A stretch of 63,992 bases of DNA, filler included, from Stramenopiles sp. TOSAG23-2 (lineage: Eukaryota), in NCBI GenBank assembly GCA_900128395.1. It is 9 parts of 9 records of this genome, joined end to end, with 100 filler letters (N's around TTAATTAATTAA, not from the genome) between each part and the next. Parts side by side here need not be neighbours in the genome. Positions count along the whole stretch, not along the records: positions 1 to 7,080 come from LT650362.1; positions 7,181 to 14,236 come from LT650363.1; 7 more parts are not named here. One strand, written 5' to 3'. The position numbers were made by a program, and so were the translations under genes. A model generated the notes under the pieces. The model had not been told where the DNA came from and made no database searches. It saw only the letters and a program-made list of their open reading frames with translations. Positions 1-11,027 of this stretch are shown here, piece by piece (position 1 is the stretch's first letter; each line of letters begins with the position of its first letter).

Positions 1-545
1 ATATGATATATATAGATACAAGTAATTGTATTATTTATAAATATTTATATTATATTACGAGATAGAGAAATATATATATATTATTTAAAAAATTACAAAA
101 CATATCATAAAATATAGCAGATGGATTTTAGTAGGGGTGAAACAAGAACAATGTAAACATATATATGCGCGTTGTGTATAGAAATTCAGACAGAGAGAGA
201 GAGAAAAAAAAAAGATCCAGAGAATATTTATTATATATATATCCTTGTGAGAAAATGTAAAATGTATGTGTGTGTGTAGTAAAAATATGTATATTTTTTT
301 TTATTTTACTCCAGTGCGTACTATGATATGTGTGTGTATATTTATATTTGTTAAAATCTAAGTTATAATAGTTTTACTTCTCATGGTAAATAATATGCTC
401 AAATACCCAATCTCGAGAATATTTTAAAAACGATAAACTTTAAAAAGGGAAGAAAAAACAAAATCTCACACACATGTACGTATTATATACCACGAAAGAT
501 TTTATACCCACCTCTCTCTCTCTCTCTTCCCCCCCATCTTTCTGT

Positions 546-2183
546 TTACGAAAAGAAATTATCACTAGATAAATTCGTTAAAACTTCCTTCGAAGCAACT
601 TTACCTTCTTCTACATGTGTACCTGTACCTATTTGGCAATCACTTACATTGCATTTCGATTCTATATTCACATTTGAACATAAAATACTATTTTTAATAT
701 AACAATTATCACCAACAATAACATGATCCATTATGATACAATTATTAATATTCACATTATTACCTAATTTGCAATGTGTTCCTAAAACGCTATTTTTCAC
801 ATTAACTTTTTCACCAATGGTACAATTTGCACCAACTAACGAACCTGATTTTTTTAATTTAGGTAAAGCTGGATCAAATTCAAAACGTCGCCATGGTGTA
901 TTTTCTGGATTATGACGCATTTTATAGACAACTTGATTCATAGGTATATAATCTTCTAAATTTATCAAACGATTGCAAAAAACATTTGTATCATTTACTG
1001 GTGACAATACATGTGCAAAACATCTAATAAGATCAATATTTTCCTCTCGTTCCGTTCGTTCTCTACCAGCTCTTGTAGACATTGTCATCACATCGACTTT
1101 ATCTACAAATGAAGCTGCTGGTGATCTTGTACCATCTTTACGATTTACTGGTGAACCATTGCGTAATAACATGGATCCTTCTTTTTTAATTGAATTTCGT
1201 GGTGATGGTAACATGATTGATGATGGTGGTGGCCTATCTAAATCATTTGTTATATGCAAATCATCATCAGATACTACTGATAACGATGAAAATTGTAAAA
1301 TATCATCTCCACCAATTTTTTGTCTTAAAGTTTCAGGTAAATCCGTCACATGTCGAAATTGATAATCTAATAACATTGGTATTAAATCTTCCGCTATATC
1401 AATAATCTCTGTTTGTTCTTTTATAACATCAACGACAATCGAGGAAAAGATATATAAACGCATATCTTCAATTTCATCTGTAATATAAATATTTGGAACA
1501 CGTCGTAATAATGCTTTTGATAACATCAATCTAGGTGTATCTTCATTCATGTCATTTATATTTGCTTTATATACAACACGATTTTGTGTACGTTCAAATC
1601 CAAAAAATGTGGAACCATTTGGTCCAAGTGTTATTTTTTTCTTTTTTTTCGGTGCTGCTTTTTTTTTATTTTTTTTATTATTATTTTTATCATTACTACT
1701 AGTTGATATATCACGTTTATCTTTTAATAACATGGTAACTGTTGCATCGTTCATACGATGTCTATCGGCCATATCATTTAATATACTTTCAGTAACTAAA
1801 TCACCATTGATAACAATAAAATCAGATGAAATTTTATCACCAATAACACGTATACATTCTGCCGTACCTAAATTTTCTTCAACAACTGTTATGGATATAT
1901 TTATACGGTCCGTACCAAATGCACCTTCACGTTTCGCTCTTGCAACATATTCACCTATAATTTGCTCATATTGTTCACTGACTATTAATATAATATCCTC
2001 AAAACCAGCTGTTTCTAATAAACGCAATTGATACAATAACAATGGCCGATTTGCAATTGGTATCAAAGATTTTGGTATTTCCTCACATAATGGATATAAT
2101 ACATTATCATCCCCTTGTGTTAATATAATAGCTTGAAATTCTCCTGCAACATTTGTACTATTGGATGACATGAAGGATGTCAT
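546..2183 (-). CDS. EIF2B3: Translation initiation factor eIF2B gamma subunit
   Basis: N-terminal nucleotidyltransferase-like domain (FQAIIL...LYPL...PKSLIPIANRPLL, GTAECIR, GDLV) plus C-terminal hexapeptide left-handed beta-helix (VGANCTIGEKVNVKNSVLG...). Confidence 0.9.
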   Translation of the reverse strand: MTSFMSSNSTNVAGEFQAIILTQGDDNVLYPLCEEIPKSLIPIANRPLLLYQLRLLETAGFEDIILIVSEQYEQIIGEYVARAKREGAFGTDRINISITVVEENLGTAECIRVIGDKISSDFIVINGDLVTESILNDMADRHRMNDATVTMLLKDKRDISTSSNDKNNNKKNKKKAAPKKKKKITLGPNGSTFFGFERTQNRVVYKANINDMNEDTPRLMLSKALLRRVPNIYITDEIEDMRLYIFSSIVVDVIKEQTEIIDIAEDLIPMLLDYQFRHVTDLPETLRQKIGGDDILQFSSLSVVSDDDLHITNDLDRPPPSSIMLPSPRNSIKKEGSMLLRNGSPVNRKDGTRSPAASFVDKVDVMTMSTRAGRERTEREENIDLIRCFAHVLSPVNDTNVFCNRLINLEDYIPMNQVVYKMRHNPENTPWRRFEFDPALPKLKKSGSLVGANCTIGEKVNVKNSVLGTHCKLGNNVNINNCIIMDHVIVGDNCYIKNSILCSNVNIESKCNVSDCQIGTGTHVEEGKVASKEVLTNLSSDNFFS

Positions 2184-2484
2184 TTTTGTTTTGTTTTGTT
2201 TGTTTTGGTTGGTGTTGGATGGTTTCTTTTGAAAAGGTGGGTTGAAGTTTTTTTTTTATATATGAAATGCGATTAGCGTAGTAGTGATGTAGTAGAGAGT
2301 AAGATTGGAGTTTTGAAAACGAGAGATATATATACAATGTTCTGTGTTATATTGTTGAATTGTTTTGTTCTATATTATTTAATATATTTTGATTTTTAAT
2401 TTGATGGTTGTGGTTGTCAATTTGTTTGATTTATAATATATATAGGGATATTATAGTTGATAGTATATAAATATATATTAATTA

Positions 2485-3492
2485 TTATGCGTGTATCCAC
2501 ATATGTTCCACTTTTTGATACCCGTTTGATCCATAATGTTTATATTGTTCTATACGTCTTAATTGTGATATCATATTATCACTAAGTTGATTATTATATA
2601 GGTTCAATCCCTTTAATGTATTGTTTGTTTTTAATACATCAATAATACTTTGTATTCCACTATCATCAGTAATATTATTACTATGTAGGTACAATCCCGT
2701 TAATGTATTGTTTGTTTTTAATCCATCACCAATACATTGTACATCAGTAATATTATTACTATTTAGGGTCAATGCCGTTAATGTATTGTTTGTTTTTAAC
2801 AATTCACCAATAGCTAATGCATCCTCATCCGTAAGATTCTTTCCCTCAAAATTCACTTTCGTCTTCCCATCAAATTCTTTTTCCCATTTAATATATGCAG
2901 CACTTTTCTTTTTGTTATTCACAACTTCATCCTGTTGCATCGCTTTCACCATAAGACGTTGCTCTTTTATTTTCAGCTCCATTTCTTTCAATTTCATTGC
3001 CATCGTGTCTTCGGCTTTACTATTATTATTACTAGAATTATCCTTTTTATCTCCAATTAATTCCTTTAATAACGCGGTAGCATCATGATTAGCAACTTCA
3101 TACAACTTATCCAATGCCTTCTCATTTTCCGCTTCAATGACTGTAATTTTTCCTTCCATTTTTATTTCATATTTACTAGCGCTGAAAAATGTAAAGGAAC
3201 CTTTCTTTTTACTCAATGTTTTATTTAAATGTATTACAGCAAGTTTTAACTCCTTTTTGAATACTTTTGTTTTATGATATGCTTGCGATTCATTTTCGTT
3301 GGATATCCCAGCTTTCAATGTACCTAACAAACTACCAAAATCAAGCCCAAGTCCATTTGTAGCAATACCAACAATAATATTAGCAATCTTATCAGCAGCT
3401 ACTTCAATTGATTTTCCTGAAGATGATCTATTAATTTCTATATCTTCTGAACTTTTAAAACGTGCTTTTTCACTTGTAACCAATGATGCCAT
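2485..3492 (-). CDS. Leucine-rich repeat protein (RI/NLRC3-like LRRs) with unrecognised N-terminal domain and coiled coil
   Basis: Three repeats LKTNNTL(T/K)xLxLxxNxI; coiled-coil segment KLKEMELKIKEQRL; N-terminal ~145 aa not recognised. Confidence 0.75.
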   Translation of the reverse strand: MASLVTSEKARFKSSEDIEINRSSSGKSIEVAADKIANIIVGIATNGLGLDFGSLLGTLKAGISNENESQAYHKTKVFKKELKLAVIHLNKTLSKKKGSFTFFSASKYEIKMEGKITVIEAENEKALDKLYEVANHDATALLKELIGDKKDNSSNNNSKAEDTMAMKLKEMELKIKEQRLMVKAMQQDEVVNNKKKSAAYIKWEKEFDGKTKVNFEGKNLTDEDALAIGELLKTNNTLTALTLNSNNITDVQCIGDGLKTNNTLTGLYLHSNNITDDSGIQSIIDVLKTNNTLKGLNLYNNQLSDNMISQLRRIEQYKHYGSNGYQKVEHMWIHA

Positions 3493-4234
3493 GATTAAAA
3501 AATAAATATAACTATGTAATTACTACTTGTAAAATGATTCTGCAATAAACGTCTCCTTATCGTATAATATAATTAATGTTTCCAATCTGTGTGTTTCCTC
3601 TTCTATTATACGATATGTATCTATGACATTGTTTCTAATATACAGTGTATAATACATTCGATGTGCATTGTGTATTGTTGTAATGTGTACCGATTATTAT
3701 AAATTATGGAAAAATTGGTGTTCAGAAAATTATATTTTTAGTACGCGAATACCATTATACAAAAGATAGATCTGAAAACATTTTGGATCCAAAATTAAAA
3801 AAATACTAATTAATATCACAAAATGTATGCTGTAGATGCTACGCTGCGAATAGCATAGGCTACATACAGTATGTAATTATATATTAACAATGGGTTTGCC
3901 AGGTTTGCTCGTAATCAAAATCCGAGTGTTAAAATATCCGGATCATAAAAAAACCAATAATTTTTTCCAAGGTTAAGGTAATCTTATAATGTGCATTTTT
4001 GTCCAACAAAACAATGATATAGGAAAATATCTTGTACAAATATACTTCTTAGTGTATAAATCCAGTCCACAATAATGACATTCACCCAGCAGAATGTGCA
4101 TTTTTTACATTTTTACAGAAGTTGTATCATTATATATTTAGATTGATACAGTACGTAGAAGGGAATACACACAGACATATAATCAACAAAAGACAAAAAC
4201 AAATTTCATAACACTATATATATATATATCCAAT

Positions 4235-5205
4235 ATGTCGTCGTCGGATAACAACAACAATAACGATAAAAAAACAGAAAACAATATAAATGGACGAAAA
4301 ATTAATGTATATATAATAAGGCATGGTGAACGAGCAGATGAAGTTTCAAATGAGAAAATGATTAAGATAAAAAAACAGAAAACAATATAAATGGACGAAA
4401 AATTAATGTATATATAATAAGGCATGGTGAACGAGCAGATGAAGTTTCAAATGAGAAAATGATTAAAAACGCACATGAAAAAATAAAAGAATTAAAAGTA
4501 AGACGAGATAAATATGATCCACCACTAACACCAATAGGTGTAGAGCAGGCGATTGCAGCAGGAAAGCGTTTAAAAAATATGAAAGGTGTAAACTTTGAAA
4601 CAATTTACGTATCGCCATTTATAAGAACATTGCAAACTGCAAATGAAATAGGATCAATATTGGATCTTACTCTTACTCCAACACTCGGTATCGGTAGCTG
4701 TGCTGCATTTGTGAAACATTTTGGCTTGGATTATATATTAAAATCAAATTATTTCATTGATAAAGAATCAAGAGAACGATTATGTAATCAATGCAAAGTG
4801 TTAGATTTCAGAACAGAAAAACTAAATTTTCGTGAAAACTTGGAACGTATATTAATTGATATGATCAATGAAAAAAATGTAAATGATAATATCTTAGTAG
4901 TAACACATCGTGAAGGAATTTATGATATTGTTCAAGATAGAAAAGGATGTAATGTTCCATGGACAATTGGTACACCAGAATATTGTGGTTGCTTTGTCCT
5001 TCAATTTAAATATATTGATGATGGAAAAAGTACACCATATAAAAAATGGCGTTTGAAAACAAAGTTTGAAGATTTTGAAACAACAGATAAAAGAGGTAAA
5101 AAAAGAAAAAAAGAACAAGAAGATGATGAGGGAGCAACAACAAATAATGGTGTTCATGATATTGTAGATGAAATAGTTAATGATACAACAAGTAGTAGTG
5201 ACTGA
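4235..5205 (+). CDS. Histidine phosphatase (phosphoglycerate mutase family), interrupted by a 101-bp tandem duplication
   Basis: ATG at 4235 gives MSSSD...VYIIRHGERAD (catalytic RHG). The downstream ORF 4459-5205 has DPPLTPIG, SPFIRTLQTA and LVVTH. Removing one 101-bp copy restores a single frame. Confidence 0.85.
4265..4466 (+). repeat. Exact 101-bp tandem duplication (4265-4365 / 4366-4466)
   Basis: gataaaaaaacagaaaac...gagaaaatgattaa is repeated head to tail. Confidence 0.9.
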
Positions 5206-5382
5206 GATTGATAATATTAAAAAATTTTACTCCCCTCTACCTTATAAAAAATATTTTAAACCCGAGAGGAGAGGTATGTTTTATTATCACACACACAAAA
5301 ACTTATTTTTTTCGTAACCGATACACATATGTACCCTCTCTCAATACACCCACACCCAACTTTTTTTTTGTGTGCGTTCTTT

Positions 5383-6546
5383 TTAACGTTTCTTAACCTT
5401 TTGTGGTGATGGAAATAAAATATGTAAACCGCCAATAGATGGATTAGAACATACTAAACAATGCCATGCAACCAAACCAGATATTACGATAGCACCTACA
5501 TGTGCAGTTAAAAATCGATCATGTTTAATTAAATTTCCATATTTATTCATAGGATGAAATGCACCTTTCATAAATGAAAATTCAGCTTGACATACATGAC
5601 CAAAATTAACAATTGCTACATTTAATATTGTTCCTGATACATATCCTTTACCTAAAATAATTTTTTCAAGAAATAGGAAATATAATGGTACAACATAAAA
5701 GAATTGTACGACACCATGCATCAATAAGTAATTTGATGGATCATATAAATATAATGTATCCACTTCGTTGATTATTGGTTCAACGATACTCCATTTGCTT
5801 TTAAAAACAGCAAAAAATCGCAACATGTATATACTGATCATTCCTAATATTGCACAAGCAATTGGTATATCACGTATATAATTTTTATTATCCTTTAATT
5901 TCTCTTCTTCTTCTTTTGTATAGGAAGCCATATGCAAATGATTTCCACTTTCTTGATTAATTATTAAACGACAATAAAATAATGGCAATAAAATAAAAGG
6001 TAAATTCAATAAGAATGATGCTTTCACTTCACCAGAATGTTGCCCTGTAAAAACAGCTGGAACCATGATAATTAAACTACCACATATGGAACCTGTCCAA
6101 TACAATGCTGCATATAAATGATCGGAACCATCAATCATAGCTTGTATAAATCGCAAATATAAGAGAAAATGTGCAGTTGCATCCCACCAATTTAATCCAC
6201 TTCCATGTGCCGTATTTAAATATGGCTCTCCATTAACAAGATAGAAACTAAATAATGGATTAATATTATCAATTGCTAAACCTAACCACAAATCACACAT
6301 ACATGCAAATGTGAAAAAAGCAAAGAATACTAAATATCCCGTTGAACCTCGTTTTGCAGTTTTACCACGTAATGCTAATAGATATATTAATATCGTCGAT
6401 GCTATACAAACACCTGCACTTCCAATAGCTATTTTATTTTCATCACCTTGACCATAATCCCTTGCAACAATACCAGCTAATGGTGCTGCTATTGCGGATA
6501 TGATACCAACAATTAATGCCGATACAGTACCACTTGATAATCCCAT
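5383..6546 (-). CDS. TM6SF1/2-like EXPERA-domain multi-pass membrane protein
   Basis: GEPYLNTAHG, WDATAHFLLYL, LYWTGSI, FLLNLPF and YLYDPSNY motifs match the TM6SF family; many TM helices; C-terminal basic KVKKR (possible ER retrieval). Confidence 0.85.
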   Translation of the reverse strand: MGLSSGTVSALIVGIISAIAAPLAGIVARDYGQGDENKIAIGSAGVCIASTILIYLLALRGKTAKRGSTGYLVFFAFFTFACMCDLWLGLAIDNINPLFSFYLVNGEPYLNTAHGSGLNWWDATAHFLLYLRFIQAMIDGSDHLYAALYWTGSICGSLIIMVPAVFTGQHSGEVKASFLLNLPFILLPLFYCRLIINQESGNHLHMASYTKEEEEKLKDNKNYIRDIPIACAILGMISIYMLRFFAVFKSKWSIVEPIINEVDTLYLYDPSNYLLMHGVVQFFYVVPLYFLFLEKIILGKGYVSGTILNVAIVNFGHVCQAEFSFMKGAFHPMNKYGNLIKHDRFLTAHVGAIVISGLVAWHCLVCSNPSIGGLHILFPSPQKVKKR

Positions 6547-6759
6547 ATTGTTGTTTCTTGTTTTTTTTAAACTATATAAATAAATGTTATTATATATTGT
6601 GAATTGTTTTATATATAGGTTTAAATATATATGTTTTCAGCCGATACAGTACCACTTGATAATCCCATATTGTTGTTTCTTGTTTTTTTTAAACGAAATA
6701 AATAATTGTTATTATATATTGTGAATTGTATTATATATAGGTTTAAATATATGTTTTCA
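6518..6759 (+). repeat. Near-identical ~122-bp tandem duplication covering the TM6SF start codon and upstream region
   Basis: gccgatacagtaccacttgataatcccatattg... starts at 6518 and at 6640, with a few substitutions and indels. Confidence 0.85.
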
Positions 6760-7080
6760 TATCTATTCTACAGACAGAGTATCCATATACACACATACAT
6801 AAATATTAAATATCTATTTTTATCCCATCATCCATTCTTCATCAAAGTTCAACCCATCCAAAAGATATTTTTTTCACGAAAGAAAAATAGCCCATGCTAT
6901 GTCTATGCTATTTATAAAATTGATGTGTTTCTTTACGGGGTGAAAAAAAAATGAAAAATGGATCTTCATATATATATTTATATTATTTGTAATAAAGCAA
7001 TTTTTTAAATGAACTATTATAGATAAAAAAATGTGAAATGGGAAAAAAAACAACAACACAACTTTGTATATGTGGAATAA

Positions 7081-7180
7081 NNNNNNNNNNNNNNNNNNNN
7101 NNNNNNNNNNNNNNNNNNNNNNNNTTAATTAATTAANNNNNNNNNNNNNNNNNNNNNNNNNNNNNNNNNNNNNNNNNNNN
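7081..7180. other. Artificial scaffold linker N44-TTAATTAATTAA-N44 (also at 14237-14336, 21378-21477, 28511-28610, 35639-35738, 42766-42865, 49891-49990, 57012-57111)
   Basis: Identical 100-bp spacer with stops in all six frames; the intervening scaffolds are 7056, 7041, 7033, 7028, 7027, 7025 and 7021 bp, i.e. size-sorted. Confidence 0.97.
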
Positions 7181-7309
7181 TATCCTCTTTTTTTTTTTTT
7201 TTTGAAAAAAATGATGATGTACGATGTACTGGGTATAATTCAATAAAGAATGTGCAACATTTTGGATTAGTAACATCTATATCCTTCATTAAACTACCAC
7301 CAGGTGGTA

Positions 7310-7454
7310 TTTGATAAAACATCTGGAATATTAATTTCCAAATACATTTGAGATATTAAATCTCCATTTTTTTCTAATTTTAATTTTAATTCTGTAGATT
7401 TATTAAGATCTAAAATACATCTTTTATTTAAATTTGCATATAATTTGATTTCAA
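7310..7454 (-). other. Short fragment resembling the N-terminus of an NCLDV double-jelly-roll major capsid protein
   Basis: LDLNKSTELKLKLEKNGDLISQMYLEINIPDV resembles the MCP motif (I/L)xRxGDL(I/L)xxMYLxIxLP; bounded by an N gap and an early stop. Confidence 0.45.
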
Positions 7455-7613
7455 NNNNNNNNNNNNNNNNNNNNNNNNNNNNNNNNNNNNNNNNNNNNNN
7501 NNNNNNNNNNNNNNNNNNNNNNNNNNNNNNNNNNNNNNNNNNNNNNNNNNNNNNNNNNNNNNNNNNNATATAATATGATTTCAAACATTATATATATATA
7601 TATATAATATTAA

Positions 7614-9131
7614 ATGGCAACATTATTACCAATCAATAATAATGAGAATAATAATAATACTACGAAAACTTTTGTGGATGTAAATAAACAAACTTTACTT
7701 GTCCATGAATATAAAGAAAATAATGGATATATTCGAAGAGAAATTACTCGTGCACAACTTTTAAAAGAAGCTAAAGCTGTTGCTAATACAACATCATTCA
7801 ATTGGAATCATTCGTTAAATAAAGATATGAAAGGAACGGTATCTCCTACCACAAATACAACACTACCAGCTTCACCAATACAATCTCTTCGAAAACATTT
7901 ATCAGTAGAAGCATCACATTTATTAGTCTCAACAATAGGAACTGATATTGGTATACGGGCAAGAGATATTAGAAAATTAGATCCAATTTTTACTTCATCT
8001 AATGATGCAAATATTTTAGTTAGATATGGTGCCATAATAATCAATTTAGAATGCGGTAAAGATACATCATTAAGAGCATTAATTTTAAGAAATCGTTGTT
8101 ATTTAGTTGTAGACAATGGGTTTGACTCAATTCTAAGTACTATTACCGAAAAATTAAATCAAGAAAAAAATAATATTGGTAATAATAATAATAATAATAA
8201 TAATGCAAATAATAACAATACTATCAACGATGGAAAAAAAGTAGAATCGACACAGAGGGATAAATTATTATCAACTATTGAGCTTGTAGATAATAATGAT
8301 AATTATAATGAAAATACTAGTACACCATATGAATTTTTATGTATAGAAACATTTTTAATGACCTGTACAAATCAATTGCGATTGCAATCTGATAGTTTGA
8401 CAAAAAAGATATCCAAATTATTGAAAGTAATGAAAACGAATATGGGTAAAATAATGGAGATACAACAAAAAATTTTCATGTACAATGAAGAAATACAACA
8501 TTTAATGAATCATGCCGACGCAACAGCAAGTGCTTTAAAAGATGTTTTGGATTCAGATGAAGATATGGCATATATGTATTTGACAAAATTATATAAGAAT
8601 CCACAATTATTTGAAAATGAAAATATTAAAGCACAACATGAGGAAGTTGAAATGGTACTTGAATTTTATTTGTATGAAGTAAGAGGTATCTTACGACAAG
8701 TTAAAGCACTAAGGGAACGATTGACAAATGCATCGCAATACATAGCATTTAACTTAAATATGACACGTAATAGATTACAGCGTATGGAATTATTGATTGC
8801 ATCAATATCACTGATAATAAGTTGTTTAGCTGTTGTCGCAGGAATTTTTGGTATGAATCTATATCCACTTACAGAAACACCGTCATATTTATCAGCAGCA
8901 GAGGAGATAAACAACAATAATAATAATAATAATAATATCATCGATAAAAATGGAACTACAGTTGTAGGACAAGGGAATAATACTAATAATAATGAAAGTG
9001 CATTTACATTTTGGACGGTCATTATATCGATGCTTGTTATCTTTTTATTTGGTATTCCATTAAGTAGTTTTATATTATGGAAACATGTGTTTTTCACTTC
9101 ATCATCATCACATAAAAGTTTGCGTATATGA
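7614..9131 (+). CDS. MRS2: MRS2/CorA-family Mg2+ transporter
   Basis: IRARDIRKLDP, ILVR, PYEFLCIE, DEDMAYMYLT, EEVEMVLEFY, RN, the GIFGMNL signature and two C-terminal TM helices. Confidence 0.92.
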   Translation: MATLLPINNNENNNNTTKTFVDVNKQTLLVHEYKENNGYIRREITRAQLLKEAKAVANTTSFNWNHSLNKDMKGTVSPTTNTTLPASPIQSLRKHLSVEASHLLVSTIGTDIGIRARDIRKLDPIFTSSNDANILVRYGAIIINLECGKDTSLRALILRNRCYLVVDNGFDSILSTITEKLNQEKNNIGNNNNNNNNANNNNTINDGKKVESTQRDKLLSTIELVDNNDNYNENTSTPYEFLCIETFLMTCTNQLRLQSDSLTKKISKLLKVMKTNMGKIMEIQQKIFMYNEEIQHLMNHADATASALKDVLDSDEDMAYMYLTKLYKNPQLFENENIKAQHEEVEMVLEFYLYEVRGILRQVKALRERLTNASQYIAFNLNMTRNRLQRMELLIASISLIISCLAVVAGIFGMNLYPLTETPSYLSAAEEINNNNNNNNNIIDKNGTTVVGQGNNTNNNESAFTFWTVIISMLVIFLFGIPLSSFILWKHVFFTSSSSHKSLRI

Positions 9132-9795
9132 GTAATTATATTAATATAAATATATAATAAATTATGCGTAAATTAAATATATATAAAAATAATAAAATGC
9201 CAAAAAAGACAATATATTTTATTTTTGGCCCACCTTCATTTCATTCATTGAATCTCTGATTGAATTCATAAATTTCGAAGGATAATTTTATGATCACCAA
9301 TGTATTATAACAAGGAAAGTAAATCATAAATTTCGAAGGATAATATTTTAATTTTAGAAAAAGCTATACCTATATATTATATAAGGTATTATAATATTTT
9401 GGTATACTTTTACACTATATTTACTATACTCTCCGTGGATTTTACCTATGAAATGCTATATTACCAAACGGTAAACTCTCGTAAACTTATCCAAAATCTC
9501 AAACCTAAAAATAGCAACAAATTTTAATTTTTAGGACAAAACGTTAAAACTAAACAGAAAAACATAAAAACATATACTCTCCATATGAATAAAATGCGAT
9601 ACAAAGACACATATACCATATCAGAAATAACCAGAAACAGTATAGCAAAGAAGTATATATATATATTCAAGATCGATAAACTTTTGGAAACGACGATTTT
9701 ATAAAAAGAACAATATATATATATAATATATATACACAACGAAAAACGTAAAAAAAAAAATACAAAAATTACAACGTGATTTAAAAGAAGAGAAA

Positions 9796-10839
9796 ATGGA
9801 AAGGCGAAAAGCGGAAAAGCAGCTAGCATATGCATTGAAAGAAGCAAAAATGCATGGGAAAAATTCCGAACATGTACAATCAGCACAAGCAAATGTAGAC
9901 TATAAAATGGCGGAGGCAAAAACAGCTTTAAAAAATGCACAAAAAATGAAAGAAAATGCAAAGCAAGAGACCATAAAAGCAGCGGAGGAACTAAGTCGAA
10001 ATCAAAGCAGGGTAAACGAGTTAGAGCACCATTTACGTTTAAAGGATGAGGAGATACATGAGTTGAAAGTAATTTTAGCAGAAAAAGAAGCAGAAATACG
10101 TGCCGAAGGTAGCCGTGAGGTAATGAAACAACAAGCTGAAGTCGAACGCTTGAAAACGATGATGGAGTGGAAAGCAAAAATTGTAGAAGATGATGTAAAA
10201 TTTAGAACCGAAAGTGGCTGGAGAGAGCGTACTAAATTGTTAATATCAGAAATACAACAATTAAGACAATTATTAGAAACGACGATGATGGAAAAAGGCG
10301 CAACTGAAGCAGCTTTGAAAGATGCAGGTGCAAAGCTTGCACAAAGAGATCATGCATTAGCGATGTCGGAACAGGAGGTAAACCATTTAAATACGCAGTT
10401 ACAAACAATGCATCATATTAAAGATTCAATTCATAGATTAAAACGCACGACAGAAGAGCAATGGAGGCAAGTTGCCAATAGAGATGAATCCACATTAAGA
10501 CACCTAGAAGCGGAACTAATGTATTTTCAACAAAGTTCGGTAATGAATAATAATAGCAACAGCGAAATGAACAATCAAAACAATTTTGGAAATTTAAGTC
10601 CTATGGGTAATAGAAATAGTAATCAACGCTCACCAGTTGGTAATCGACAGCAGCAACGTATTAGCAATAGAAAAAAATCACAGCAACAGAATCAACGTCA
10701 ATATAACAACAATCAAAACAATTCGAAGAATTCATACGCTACACCTACAGCATCGAAAAATAATCGCACTAACAATAATGGGAGTGGTAGTTACAGCCAG
10801 CAACATCGTGCTAAACGTAAACACGAGATAAGAAGGTAG
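9796..10839 (+). CDS. Coiled-coil protein with Asn/Gln-rich low-complexity C-terminus
   Basis: 347-aa ORF, heptad-rich E/K/A/Q composition; the 5' end may be incomplete. Confidence 0.65.
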   Translation: MERRKAEKQLAYALKEAKMHGKNSEHVQSAQANVDYKMAEAKTALKNAQKMKENAKQETIKAAEELSRNQSRVNELEHHLRLKDEEIHELKVILAEKEAEIRAEGSREVMKQQAEVERLKTMMEWKAKIVEDDVKFRTESGWRERTKLLISEIQQLRQLLETTMMEKGATEAALKDAGAKLAQRDHALAMSEQEVNHLNTQLQTMHHIKDSIHRLKRTTEEQWRQVANRDESTLRHLEAELMYFQQSSVMNNNSNSEMNNQNNFGNLSPMGNRNSNQRSPVGNRQQQRISNRKKSQQQNQRQYNNNQNNSKNSYATPTASKNNRTNNNGSGSYSQQHRAKRKHEIRR

Positions 10840-11027
10840 AGAGAAACGCGACACGCGTGTATTAAATTAATTTATAAATGGTACGCGCGTATTTTAACTT
10901 TTTTATTCGTACCCATTACATTATATATAATGTACGTATTAAAAATAATATTCGTACATGTTTAATACGAGTACCACCCCCCGACACTTTCATTTTTTAC
11001 GCGTGAAGTAAATTTTCCTTCTTTTTT

